From assembly GCA_045534635.1 (NCBI GenBank), contig JAZSKB010000019.1, forward strand, positions 16,562 through 80,561: a stretch of DNA of 64,000 nt, written 5' to 3'. Both the position numbers and the translations under genes were made by a program. The DNA is from Bacteroidales bacterium (GTDB lineage: Bacteria; Bacteroidota; Bacteroidia; Bacteroidales; WCHB1-69). The notes beneath the pieces were generated by a model, which made no database searches, was not told the origin of the DNA, and saw nothing but the letters and a program-made list of their open reading frames with translations. The stretch's first letter is position 1; every line of letters starts with the position of its first letter. Positions 1 to 8,725 of this stretch are shown in pieces.

Positions 1-645
1 CGATTCTATCATATCAGCAGGTATATCGTCCATAGTCAGCGTTGTAGGACGACCATCTACTAAAATAGTTACACTCGAAGAACCTCTCAAACTCACATTT
101 CCGTCTAAATCTATACTTACCGAAGGAATATTTTCCAAAATATCACTTCCCGTAGAGCCCTCTGTTACAATACTTTTATCTACATTATAAACACGTTTAT
201 CTAAATTAGTTTCAATCATTGCTTTTTCTGCAGTAACTACAACACCTTGCAATTTTTGAGCATTCTGAGTAATTTTTTGTTTACCTATATTATTCACAGG
301 ATTCTCCTTGGTAATTTTTACATCATTGACAAATATAGATTGATAACCGATATATCCAATTCTAACCATATAACTTCCATAAGGAATATCGGAAATAAGC
401 ACAACTCCTTTTTCGTTGGTAATACCACCTGCAACCATAGAAGAATCACTTTTTAATACCGTTATTGTTGCATATTCAAGTGGTTGGTTTTTTTCATCGA
501 TAATGGCACAAACGACAACGCCTTTCCCATCTTTTGCCAAACGATTTGCTTCCAACATAACACCACTATTTTGAGCATTAACGCTATGAAAAAAAAGCAT
601 TAGAAAACCCAAAATAAAAACTTGATTTTTTACTATCATTTTCAT
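1..645 (-). CDS. TonB-dependent receptor, N-terminal part (continues beyond window start)
   Basis: Hand translation of the minus strand from the ATG (cat at 643-645) gives MKMIVKNQVFILGFLMLFFHSVNAQ (signal peptide). This is followed by a carboxypeptidase-regulatory-like segment (YATITVLKSDSSMVAGGITNEKGVVLISDIPYGSYMVRIGYIGYQS) and the start of a plug domain (DILENIPSVSIDLDGNVSLRGSSSVTILVDGRP). It is absent from the ORF track because it runs off the window edge. Confidence 0.7.
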   Translation of the reverse strand, partial: MKMIVKNQVFILGFLMLFFHSVNAQNSGVMLEANRLAKDGKGVVVCAIIDEKNQPLEYATITVLKSDSSMVAGGITNEKGVVLISDIPYGSYMVRIGYIGYQSIFVNDVKITKENPVNNIGKQKITQNAQKLQGVVVTAEKAMIETNLDKRVYNVDKSIVTEGSTGSDILENIPSVSIDLDGNVSLRGSSSVTILVDGRPTTLTMDDIPADMIES

Positions 646-647
646 TA

Positions 648-1319
648 TTAATAATTTACATTTTTCAACATTGGAACAAAACTACAATGTCCATGCAAAG
701 ATGTTTCCCATTCTGATTCGGAAACACGAACAACTTTTGTCATTATCTGTTCTTGTTCTCCAATTGGAGCAACTAAAATTCCTCCTATTTTCAATTGAGA
801 CAATAATTTTTCTGGAATTTCAGGTGCTCCACAAGTTATCAAAATACGGTCAAAAGGAGCAAATTCTGTCCAACCAAGATACCCATCTCCCAAACGACAA
901 GCAATATTTAACGACAAATTGGCAAAAAGTTGCTTTGTTTGTTCATACAATACTCGATGTCTTTCTATAGAATAAACATAACCTCCCATTGTTTTCAATA
1001 TTGCTGCTTGATAGCCACTTCCGGTACCTATTTCAAGGATTTTTTGTTTGGGAGTAATATCCAACAATGAAGTTTGTTTTGCAACTGTAAAAGGTTGTGA
1101 TATTGTTTGTCCACAATTTATCGGCAATGCTGCATCTATATATGCTCTTCCATAAAACGAAGAAGAAACAAAATAATGCCTTGGCATTGTCAACATTGCA
1201 GAGAGAACTAATTCATTATCAATTCCCTTCTTGCGGAGTTCTTCTATCATTATTTGACGCAACCCCTTATCTCTATTAGTATCTATCATAAAATAAATAA
1301 AAAAGGCGGTGTTTAACAT
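648..1319 (-). CDS. pcm: protein-L-isoaspartate O-methyltransferase
   Basis: Contains QTISQPFTVAKQT and the SAM-binding motif ILEIGTGSGYQAAIL. The length is typical for this family. The start may instead be the internal Met at 1289. Confidence 0.85.
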   Translation of the reverse strand: MLNTAFFIYFMIDTNRDKGLRQIMIEELRKKGIDNELVLSAMLTMPRHYFVSSSFYGRAYIDAALPINCGQTISQPFTVAKQTSLLDITPKQKILEIGTGSGYQAAILKTMGGYVYSIERHRVLYEQTKQLFANLSLNIACRLGDGYLGWTEFAPFDRILITCGAPEIPEKLLSQLKIGGILVAPIGEQEQIMTKVVRVSESEWETSLHGHCSFVPMLKNVNY

Positions 1320-1338
1320 CGCCTTTTTAGCTTTATAA

Positions 1339-2469
1339 CTATGCGTTCAACATTACTGGCATAAGCAACATAAGAATATCCTCACTTGTTTCTTTCTCAT
1401 TTTGAGGATATATCAATCCTGCTGATGTTGGACTTGCCAATTTAAAAACTACTTCATTAGTATCCAAATTATTTAACATTTCCACCAAAAATTTGGAACT
1501 AAAACCTATTTCAAAATTTTCGATACCATCAAGGTTTTCAAAATGACAAGCGACAGAAGTCGTTCCTTTGGTATTGTTTTCATCATCTTCTGTTTTCAAA
1601 CCCAATAAGTTTTCGCTACATTTGATACGAATTTGATGTGCTGTTTGACTTGCAAATGGTGTTATTGTTCGCATACGTTGCAACAATGGCAAACGTTCTA
1701 CCAATAAGGTATTATTATTATTTTGAGGAATTACTGCTTCATACGCTGGATATTTTCCTTCTATCAACTTAGATACTACATGCATACTATCTATAACAAA
1801 AGCAACACGTTTTTCATCGTAATGTATTGACACATTACCATCTAAACTTGACAATACACTTTTCAATGTATTCAATGGTTTAGGAGGCAATATCATACTA
1901 TGTTCGATACCTGCTTTTACAGAAGATGTGCGATACCTAACCAAACGATGAGCATCTGTTGCAACAAATGATATATTTTCTGGTTTTACTTCACAAAACA
2001 CTCCCGACATTACTGGACGAATATCTGGTGTTCCTGTAGCAAATAGTGTTTTACTTATCGCCGTTGACAATGTTTTGGCTTCTATTTCAAAAGAACCTGC
2101 ATCGTTTAAAACAGGAATTTCTGGAAAAGTATTTTCAAAACCCATCAAACTAAAATTGGATTCATCTCCTGAAAATTCTATGGAATAATCTTCTTTAACA
2201 TTAAAAACAACAGGAACATCTGGCATAGATTTTAGCGTATCCAACATAATCTTGAATGGTACTACTACTTGACCTTCTCCTTCACAATCTGAAAGTGCTA
2301 TATCTATGATAATAGTTGTTTCTAAATCGGTAGCAATCAAACTTAACTTATTGTCTTTTACATCAAATAATACATTTTGTATTATTGGCATTGCATTATT
2401 AGGAGCGACAATACTACTTACTATTTGTAAGTTCTTTAATAACAATTGACTAGATACTATAAATTTCAT
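1339..2469 (-). CDS. dnaN: DNA polymerase III beta sliding clamp
   Basis: 376 aa. The N-terminus MKFIVSSQLLLKNLQIVSSIV..NAMPIIQNVLF and the three-domain length are typical of DnaN. Confidence 0.9.
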   Translation of the reverse strand: MKFIVSSQLLLKNLQIVSSIVAPNNAMPIIQNVLFDVKDNKLSLIATDLETTIIIDIALSDCEGEGQVVVPFKIMLDTLKSMPDVPVVFNVKEDYSIEFSGDESNFSLMGFENTFPEIPVLNDAGSFEIEAKTLSTAISKTLFATGTPDIRPVMSGVFCEVKPENISFVATDAHRLVRYRTSSVKAGIEHSMILPPKPLNTLKSVLSSLDGNVSIHYDEKRVAFVIDSMHVVSKLIEGKYPAYEAVIPQNNNNTLLVERLPLLQRMRTITPFASQTAHQIRIKCSENLLGLKTEDDENNTKGTTSVACHFENLDGIENFEIGFSSKFLVEMLNNLDTNEVVFKLASPTSAGLIYPQNEKETSEDILMLLMPVMLNA

Positions 2470-2493
2470 CTTTTTCTACTTTTTTATACAATG

Positions 2494-2501
2494 CAAAGAT
2501 A
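2494..2501 (-). promoter_or_regulatory. Bacteroidota -7 promoter element (TATCTTTG)
   Basis: Matches TAnnTTTG on the minus strand, is intergenic, and lies about 25 nt upstream of the dnaN ATG. Confidence 0.5.
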
Positions 2502-2608
2502 CGAAAAAAAAATAATTTAATATATTTTTTACATTTATTTTTTGCTAACATTTTTTATAAATTATCAACAAAAAAGTAAATATGTAATACAAAAAAACAC
2601 TTACATCA

Positions 2609-4048
2609 TTATTTACCACTCAATTTTAACATACAAAGTATCGTATAAATTATGATTTTAAAATCTAACATGATAGACATATTTTCTATATATCGCAAAT
2701 CATAATTAAGACGTTCTATCATCTGGTCAACATTTTCTGCATATCCATAACACACTTGTCCCCATGATGTTACACCCGGCTTTCCACACAATAAAAACTT
2801 ATAATATGGTGCTTTTTGCATAATTTGGTCTATGTAATATTGTCGTTCTGGACGAGGACCTACCAAAGTCATATCTCCCTTCAATACATTGATAAATTGA
2901 GGTATTTCATCTAAATGTGTTCGTCTCAAAAAACGACCAAATTTTGTTATGCGTGAATCGTTTTGTTTTGATAATTGTGGACCATTTTCCTCTGCATTTT
3001 CATACATTGAACGGAATTTTATGATATTAAATGGTTTTCCATTTTTTCCTATACGTTCTTGACGAAAAAATATTTTTCCCGGAGAAGAACGTTTGACTCC
3101 AATTGCCAATATCAAATACAAAGGAGACCCCAAAATAAGCACCAATGAAGAACAGATAATATCCATAATTCTTTTACATATTTTTTGCCATTGTGGTAAA
3201 AAATCCAAATCGATACAAATAAAAGGAACTGCCAAAACTGCAGTATCTTTTACATTAAGCAAAATATGGTCTTCTACATCTGGAGTAACTTTTAGCATTA
3301 TTTTCGTTGATATTACTTGAGGTATCAATTTATTCAATACTGCCAATTTATTTTTTGTTGCCGCAACAATTACTTCTTCAACATTCAATTTTGTTATTAT
3401 ATTTTGCAAGTCTTCACACTGTCCAAGATATTGTAAATCTTCAACACTTTCGTTTATATCTATTTGGCTTACATCTACATATCCTAAAACATTCATTCCC
3501 AAAGTCTGATTTTTTTTGTGCATAATCGCCAACAAAGATTTACAACTTTGATAATCGCCAACAAAAATAACATTCAATTTAATTTTTCCTGTGTTTTCCT
3601 TACGAATAAAATAGGTTAAAAAAGATAATCTAAACAAAAGTGTAAAACCTGCAGACAAAACAAACAAGGCAATAAAAAGACGAATATAATCGGTATAATT
3701 TGAGATATAATCGTCAAGAATGATAACAAAAAAAAGCACAATAGATGCGATAAATGTATGTTGCAATGTTTTAGACAATTCTCTCATTCGAGATTTTCGC
3801 CATATTTTGGTATAAGTACCACATATAGTATAAAAGAATATCCAACACAATGGAATAATAGTTATTCCAAGATAAAATTTATAATCACAAAATATCGTAT
3901 GCCAAAGTTGGTCATTTAAAGTAAAATCACACTCGTGGAATTTTCGTAATGAAAAAAAGCAAGCCCAAGCCAATGCTGCAGCAAGAAAATCCATAAAAAC
4001 ATAGGTCCATGTCAATATTTTTTTACGAATAACTATATTCTTTTTCAT
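2609..4048 (-). CDS. polyprenyl-phosphate sugar-1-phosphate transferase (bacterial sugar transferase family, WbaP-like)
   Basis: Multi-TM N-terminal half. The C-terminal catalytic domain reads IFFRQERIGKNGKPFNIIKFRSM...RITKFGRFLRRTHLDEIPQFINVLKGDMTLVGPRP. Confidence 0.8.
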   Translation of the reverse strand: MKKNIVIRKKILTWTYVFMDFLAAALAWACFFSLRKFHECDFTLNDQLWHTIFCDYKFYLGITIIPLCWIFFYTICGTYTKIWRKSRMRELSKTLQHTFIASIVLFFVIILDDYISNYTDYIRLFIALFVLSAGFTLLFRLSFLTYFIRKENTGKIKLNVIFVGDYQSCKSLLAIMHKKNQTLGMNVLGYVDVSQIDINESVEDLQYLGQCEDLQNIITKLNVEEVIVAATKNKLAVLNKLIPQVISTKIMLKVTPDVEDHILLNVKDTAVLAVPFICIDLDFLPQWQKICKRIMDIICSSLVLILGSPLYLILAIGVKRSSPGKIFFRQERIGKNGKPFNIIKFRSMYENAEENGPQLSKQNDSRITKFGRFLRRTHLDEIPQFINVLKGDMTLVGPRPERQYYIDQIMQKAPYYKFLLCGKPGVTSWGQVCYGYAENVDQMIERLNYDLRYIENMSIMLDFKIIIYTILCMLKLSGK

Positions 4049-4938
4049 TACATGTACACAATTTTAATATTATCCAATAAAAAAGTATCTTTTGCATTTG
4101 ATGCTCCAGCATATCCTTTGATATACAAATCAAAACTATTAACAGCAAAATCTGCAAGATTTATATAATCTGTTAAATTAATATATAATTTTCTCCAATT
4201 TTTGATATTAGTAGATTTATTGATATTGGCTATTACTGCTTGTTCTGCTCTATTGGTTACTGGATTATTGAAATAAACTCCAACCTCTATCGATTGAGTG
4301 CTTGAACAATTAAGTTCCAAAAGACACACATTTACATTTGTTGATGTCAAATAAATTGGCGTTACCGTTTTTAATTCAAAATAGCGAGTTGTATCGGCTT
4401 CATTAAATGTGATAATTCCTGCAGTATGATTATTTTCGCCAACAACATGCAACAATAAATTATCGTCTGCTGTTTTATCAATTCCTTTGCCATCTGACTT
4501 AAATTTAATACCCGCATCTTCAAAATCTTCTATAAAATAAAATTTCGTATAATCTGCATAAGTATAATGAGGACGAATAGTATCAATTTTTCCTTGTTTC
4601 AAATTTCGATATTCATCGTAAAGGGAATAAAGATAATTTACTATTCGTTGTTGTGGCAATCCATTTTTATATACTACTGGTTGTATTTGAACTCTACAAC
4701 TTCCAGAACGTAATACCGGAACAAGAGCAGGAATAGTGAAAGAACCACGGTCTCCATTTTCTCCATCTACAGTGATACGCACATCTTTAATTTGATGAGA
4801 GGCACTTCCTTGGTCGTTTTGACATGAAAAACTTACCGTATCCACATATATATACGATGGTACATCTACTTGTGGATTACACGCTGTTAAAATAAATCCT
4901 AAACTAAAAATCAATACTATACTAATACTACGCATCAA
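4048..4938 (-). CDS. hypothetical lipoprotein
   Basis: Signal peptide with a Cys (FILTACNPQ). Its stop overlaps the ATG of the downstream sugar transferase by 1 nt (TAATG). No domain recognised. Confidence 0.5.
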   Translation of the reverse strand: MMRSISIVLIFSLGFILTACNPQVDVPSYIYVDTVSFSCQNDQGSASHQIKDVRITVDGENGDRGSFTIPALVPVLRSGSCRVQIQPVVYKNGLPQQRIVNYLYSLYDEYRNLKQGKIDTIRPHYTYADYTKFYFIEDFEDAGIKFKSDGKGIDKTADDNLLLHVVGENNHTAGIITFNEADTTRYFELKTVTPIYLTSTNVNVCLLELNCSSTQSIEVGVYFNNPVTNRAEQAVIANINKSTNIKNWRKLYINLTDYINLADFAVNSFDLYIKGYAGASNAKDTFLLDNIKIVYM

Positions 4939-4960
4939 ATTTATTTTTAGTACTAACGCT

Positions 4961-5968
4961 TTATTTATCTAAATATTGTTTTACTATACGAGCCTGTTCT
5001 TCCATACTTTCCATAATGCGGTATGCAATTTGTAAGGCTTTACTTCCATCTTCTGCGGATACTACACAAGGTATATCGGTTGCAATACTTTTGGCAAACA
5101 ACGACAATTCCATTTTTATTGCATTCACATTTTGAGAAACTGGAGATTCTATAAAAATACGTTTTTTACCTTTATTTTCTCCTAAATCTACAATAAGTGG
5201 AAATAAATCATTGTCGTCGGAAGGTTGATAATCTCGCAAATGCATAATATCGGCTTTTTTCTCAACAAAATCCATTGTAATATACGCATTAGGTTGAAAC
5301 AATCGCATTTTACGCATTTTTTTCATTGCAATTCGGCTTGCTGTTAAATTTGCCGTGGCTCCATTAGAAAATGTAAGACGTGCATTGGCTATATCAGGGC
5401 TATGACTAACCACCGCAACTCCATTGGCTGAGACTTCAACTACTGAATATGGAATTAAACTCAGTACAATATCAATATCGTGAATCATCAAGTCAAGTAC
5501 TACAGATACATCTGTACCTCTTGGATTAAACTCTGCTAAACGATGTGCTTCGACAAACAATGGTGTCTTAAAAAATGGTTTGGCGTTTAAATACGCATCA
5601 TTAAACCGTTCTACATGTCCCACTTGTACTTTTAAACGATGTTCTTGTGCATATTTCACTACTTCTTCTGCTTCTGAAATAGTGGCAGTAATTGGTTTTT
5701 CTAAAAAAACATGCTTACCAAAATTCATTGCTTGCATCGCCAATTGATAATGTGATATTGTTGGAGTTACAATATCTATTGCATCACAAGCCGCTATAAG
5801 TGATTGATATGTATCGTAATACGGAATATGATATTTATCAACGACTTCCTTTATTGTTGTTGGATTTGTATCGTAAAATCCAACCAACTCTATTTCTTCA
5901 ATTTGTTGCAGACAAGAGATATGAATTTTTCCCAAATGCCCTACACCAATAATACCAATTTTTATCAT
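4961..5968 (-). CDS. Gfo/Idh/MocA family oxidoreductase
   Basis: N-terminal Rossmann motif MIKIGIIGVGHLGKIH and the EKP motif (VFLEKPI). Confidence 0.8.
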   Translation of the reverse strand: MIKIGIIGVGHLGKIHISCLQQIEEIELVGFYDTNPTTIKEVVDKYHIPYYDTYQSLIAACDAIDIVTPTISHYQLAMQAMNFGKHVFLEKPITATISEAEEVVKYAQEHRLKVQVGHVERFNDAYLNAKPFFKTPLFVEAHRLAEFNPRGTDVSVVLDLMIHDIDIVLSLIPYSVVEVSANGVAVVSHSPDIANARLTFSNGATANLTASRIAMKKMRKMRLFQPNAYITMDFVEKKADIMHLRDYQPSDDNDLFPLIVDLGENKGKKRIFIESPVSQNVNAIKMELSLFAKSIATDIPCVVSAEDGSKALQIAYRIMESMEEQARIVKQYLDK

Positions 5969-5993
5969 ATCATCATTAATATTATCTATTTTG

Positions 5994-6001
5994 CAAAAGT
6001 A
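5994..6001 (-). promoter_or_regulatory. Bacteroidota -7 promoter element (TACTTTTG)
   Basis: TAnnTTTG on the minus strand, about 25 nt upstream of the ATG at 5968, intergenic. Confidence 0.45.
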
Positions 6002-6045
6002 TCATTTTTTTTGTTTAATAAAGAGAATTTCATCAAAATCCTTTT

Positions 6046-6672
6046 TTATTTTTTTTCGTCAAACACCTTAAATTGAGCATTATGTTTTTTTGCTAAACGA
6101 ATAAATACTGGCAAAGTCTGTAACATATTTTGGGCTGCTTTAGGATTATCGTGAAAAACAACAATTCCTCCATATTTGGCTACAGATTTTACTTTGGATA
6201 AACATTTTTCAGGAGAAAATCGTTGGTTCCAATCATAACTTATTGCTGTCCAAAATACGATACGATATTTTTTTCGTAAATACCACCATTGTCGCAAGCC
6301 TATTTTACCATAAGGCGGACGAAACAAATTCGTTTTCAAAATTTTATCTGCTTGCCCTACATCAGCAATATAATCTTTCAATGAGGTATGCCAACCATTG
6401 AGGTGATGCATAGTATGATTGCCTACTCTATGCCCCTCTTGTTTAATGCGGGTAACAAGTTCTGGACAACGTTGAGCACAATCGCCGACACAAAAAAAAG
6501 TTGCCTTAACTGATTCCTGAGCAAGTATTTTCAAAATTTGCTCCGTCAGTTCTGGTTGTGGTCCATCATCAAAAGTGAGAAAAATTTGCTTTTTTCGGTG
6601 AAAAATATGCAAAAATGAAGCTCTAAAAATTAACATCACACCACCAAAAAACAACAATATTAACACAAACAT
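6046..6672 (-). CDS. polysaccharide deacetylase (NodB homology domain)
   Basis: N-terminal TM segment, then LTFDDGPQP and the GNHTMHH metal-binding motifs. Confidence 0.8.
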   Translation of the reverse strand: MFVLILLFFGGVMLIFRASFLHIFHRKKQIFLTFDDGPQPELTEQILKILAQESVKATFFCVGDCAQRCPELVTRIKQEGHRVGNHTMHHLNGWHTSLKDYIADVGQADKILKTNLFRPPYGKIGLRQWWYLRKKYRIVFWTAISYDWNQRFSPEKCLSKVKSVAKYGGIVVFHDNPKAAQNMLQTLPVFIRLAKKHNAQFKVFDEKK

Positions 6673-6741
6673 CTATATTACAATCATTTATATTGTTAAT
6701 TTTTTTCAAAAAAAAACTTTTTTTTATTTGGCAAATTTACG

Positions 6742-6749
6742 TAATTTTG
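6742..6749 (+). promoter_or_regulatory. Bacteroidota -7 promoter element (TAATTTTG)
   Basis: TAnnTTTG 18 nt upstream of the serS ATG, in the divergent intergenic region. Confidence 0.45.
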
Positions 6750-6767
6750 CTCAAATTTTTATATTAA

Positions 6768-8036
6768 ATGATAACATTAAATTTTCTTAGAGAACACCCA
6801 CAAGAGGTTGTTGAGCGTTTAAAAATAAAAAATTTTGACGCAAGTACTTATGTACGTGATATTTTAGAAATTGACAATAACAGAAGAGCACTTCAAAAAC
6901 AATTAGATGACAACTTAGCAGAACAAAATAGCATAGCAAAACAAATTGGTCAATTGTTTAGAGAAGGTAAAGCCAATGAAGCACAAATACTTAAAGATAA
7001 AACTACTTCATTGAAAAATACCGCAAAAGAAACTGAAAATCAATTAATTAATATCGAAAAATCGTTGAACGATATTTTGGTTTTATTACCAAATTTACCA
7101 CATGCTTCCGTTCCTGCAGGTCATTCTGCCGATGATAACGAAGTTATTTTCTCTCAAGGAGATACCTCTCGCGAAGATTGGATGTTGCCTCATTGGGATA
7201 TTTGTCAAAAACATAAATTATTAGATTTTGAATTAGGTGTTAAACTTACTGGTGCAGGATTTCCGATATATCGTTCTCAAGGAGCAAGGCTTCAAAGAGC
7301 ACTAATTAATTTTTTTATTGACAAAGCAATTCTTGCTGGTTACGAAGAAGTTCAAGTACCTTATCTTGTTAATGAAGATTCTGCTTATGCAACAGGACAA
7401 CTCCCTGATAAAGAAGGACAAATGTATCATGCTCAATTAGATAATTTTTATTTAATTCCTACGGCAGAAGTTCCTGTTACCAATATCTACAGAAATGTTA
7501 TTCTCAAAGAAAGTGATTTTCCTATAAAACATTGTGCTTATTCCGCTTGTTTTAGAAGAGAAGCAGGGTCTTATGGAAAAGATGTTCGCGGACTAAATCG
7601 TTTACATCAATTCGATAAGGTTGAAATTGTACAAATTGTTCACCCTCAAAATTCATACAATGTATTGGAAGAAATGAAAGACTATGTATCTTCTTTGTTA
7701 GATGCATTGGAATTACCTTACAGAATTGTTAAATTATGTGGTGGTGATATTAGTTTTACTTCTGCCCTCACTTTCGATTTTGAAGTTTTTGCAAAAGGAC
7801 AAGCAAAATGGTTAGAAGTTAGTTCCGTTTCTAATTTTGAATCTTTCCAAGCCAACAGAATGAAATTACGTTTCAAATCTGAAGGAGCAAAATCTCAATT
7901 GGCACATACGCTCAATGGTTCTGCTCTTGCTCTACCTCGCATTTTAGCCTCATTGATAGAAAATCATCAAACAAAAGAGGGTAATATTATTATTCCAAAA
8001 GCATTACAGCCTTATACCGGTTTTGAAATTATTTAA
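6768..8036 (+). CDS. serS: seryl-tRNA synthetase
   Basis: 422 aa. N-terminal coiled-coil arm and class II core (FRREAGSYGKDVRGLNRLHQFDKVE, TLNGSALA). Confidence 0.95.
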   Translation: MITLNFLREHPQEVVERLKIKNFDASTYVRDILEIDNNRRALQKQLDDNLAEQNSIAKQIGQLFREGKANEAQILKDKTTSLKNTAKETENQLINIEKSLNDILVLLPNLPHASVPAGHSADDNEVIFSQGDTSREDWMLPHWDICQKHKLLDFELGVKLTGAGFPIYRSQGARLQRALINFFIDKAILAGYEEVQVPYLVNEDSAYATGQLPDKEGQMYHAQLDNFYLIPTAEVPVTNIYRNVILKESDFPIKHCAYSACFRREAGSYGKDVRGLNRLHQFDKVEIVQIVHPQNSYNVLEEMKDYVSSLLDALELPYRIVKLCGGDISFTSALTFDFEVFAKGQAKWLEVSSVSNFESFQANRMKLRFKSEGAKSQLAHTLNGSALALPRILASLIENHQTKEGNIIIPKALQPYTGFEII

Positions 8037-8088
8037 TCTATATTTTCTATTGTAAAGATTGTAAATTATCGTCTTCATTTTATAAAAG

Positions 8089-8120
8089 AAAAAACAGGAT
8101 TTAAATAAATCCTGTTTTTT
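8089..8120. terminator. bidirectional intrinsic terminator hairpin
   Basis: AAAAAACAGGAT-TTAAATAA-ATCCTGTTTTTT, a perfect stem flanked by an A-run and a T-run, about 50 nt after the serS stop. Confidence 0.7.
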
Positions 8121-8432
8121 ATGAATATCGTTTGTTATCTATTTGCAAACAATTATTATTTACTTCTTTCTAATTCATAGGTAACATTCCATGATTCATT
8201 CTCATATATATCTTCCATAATAACAAAATTTTTATATATGAGTTTGCCTGATAATTTTAATTTTTTCTTTAAGAATTCAACTTTATCAAAATGATTCTCC
8301 ATAATGATTACAAAATGAAGAGTTACTATCTATTTCTTTTCCACAATATTTACAATACATAACTTATATATTTTTGATAATTTAAACTATTCTTAATTTG
8401 CATTTTTTAATTTCCGTCTTTTTCTTTATCTA

Positions 8433-8680
8433 TTATTTATAACAGATTTTACAAGGTGTTCTGCCTTTTTCCACGGCATAGCTTTTTGTCATTTTTTTAT
8501 CTCTTTACTGCAACTATTCAATCCGTAGCATTTGCTGGTGGAATGGTATTTCTTTGAACTCGGCCCCGTGCAGATATATACATAGGTCTCACCGCCGGAG
8601 ATGCTGTGACTTTCCAATGCCAGCATGCCCAAAGTCTGACCTAATAACATTATCGTTAGTAATAACACTTTTTTTGACAT
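8433..8680 (-). pseudogene. small secreted Cys-rich protein interrupted by a frameshift at an A7 tract
   Basis: The ORF 8489-8680 (signal peptide, then YVYICTGPSSKKYHSTSKCYGLNSCSKEIKK) stops at TGA right after AAAAAAA (T-run 8492-8498 on the plus strand). With one extra A the frame continues as MTKSYAVEKGRTPCKICYK-stop (stop at 8433-8435), which restores a terminal CxxC. Confidence 0.5.
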
Positions 8681-8725
8681 AAAATTTAATATATTTTATT
8701 GTTTATCAATTGTTTTACAAAACAT

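Noticed and set aside
2470-2608. Looked for a replication origin (DnaA-box cluster) next to dnaN
   Set aside because: I saw no cluster of TTATCCACA-like boxes. dnaA is not adjacent, and the region is simply an AT-rich promoter spacer.
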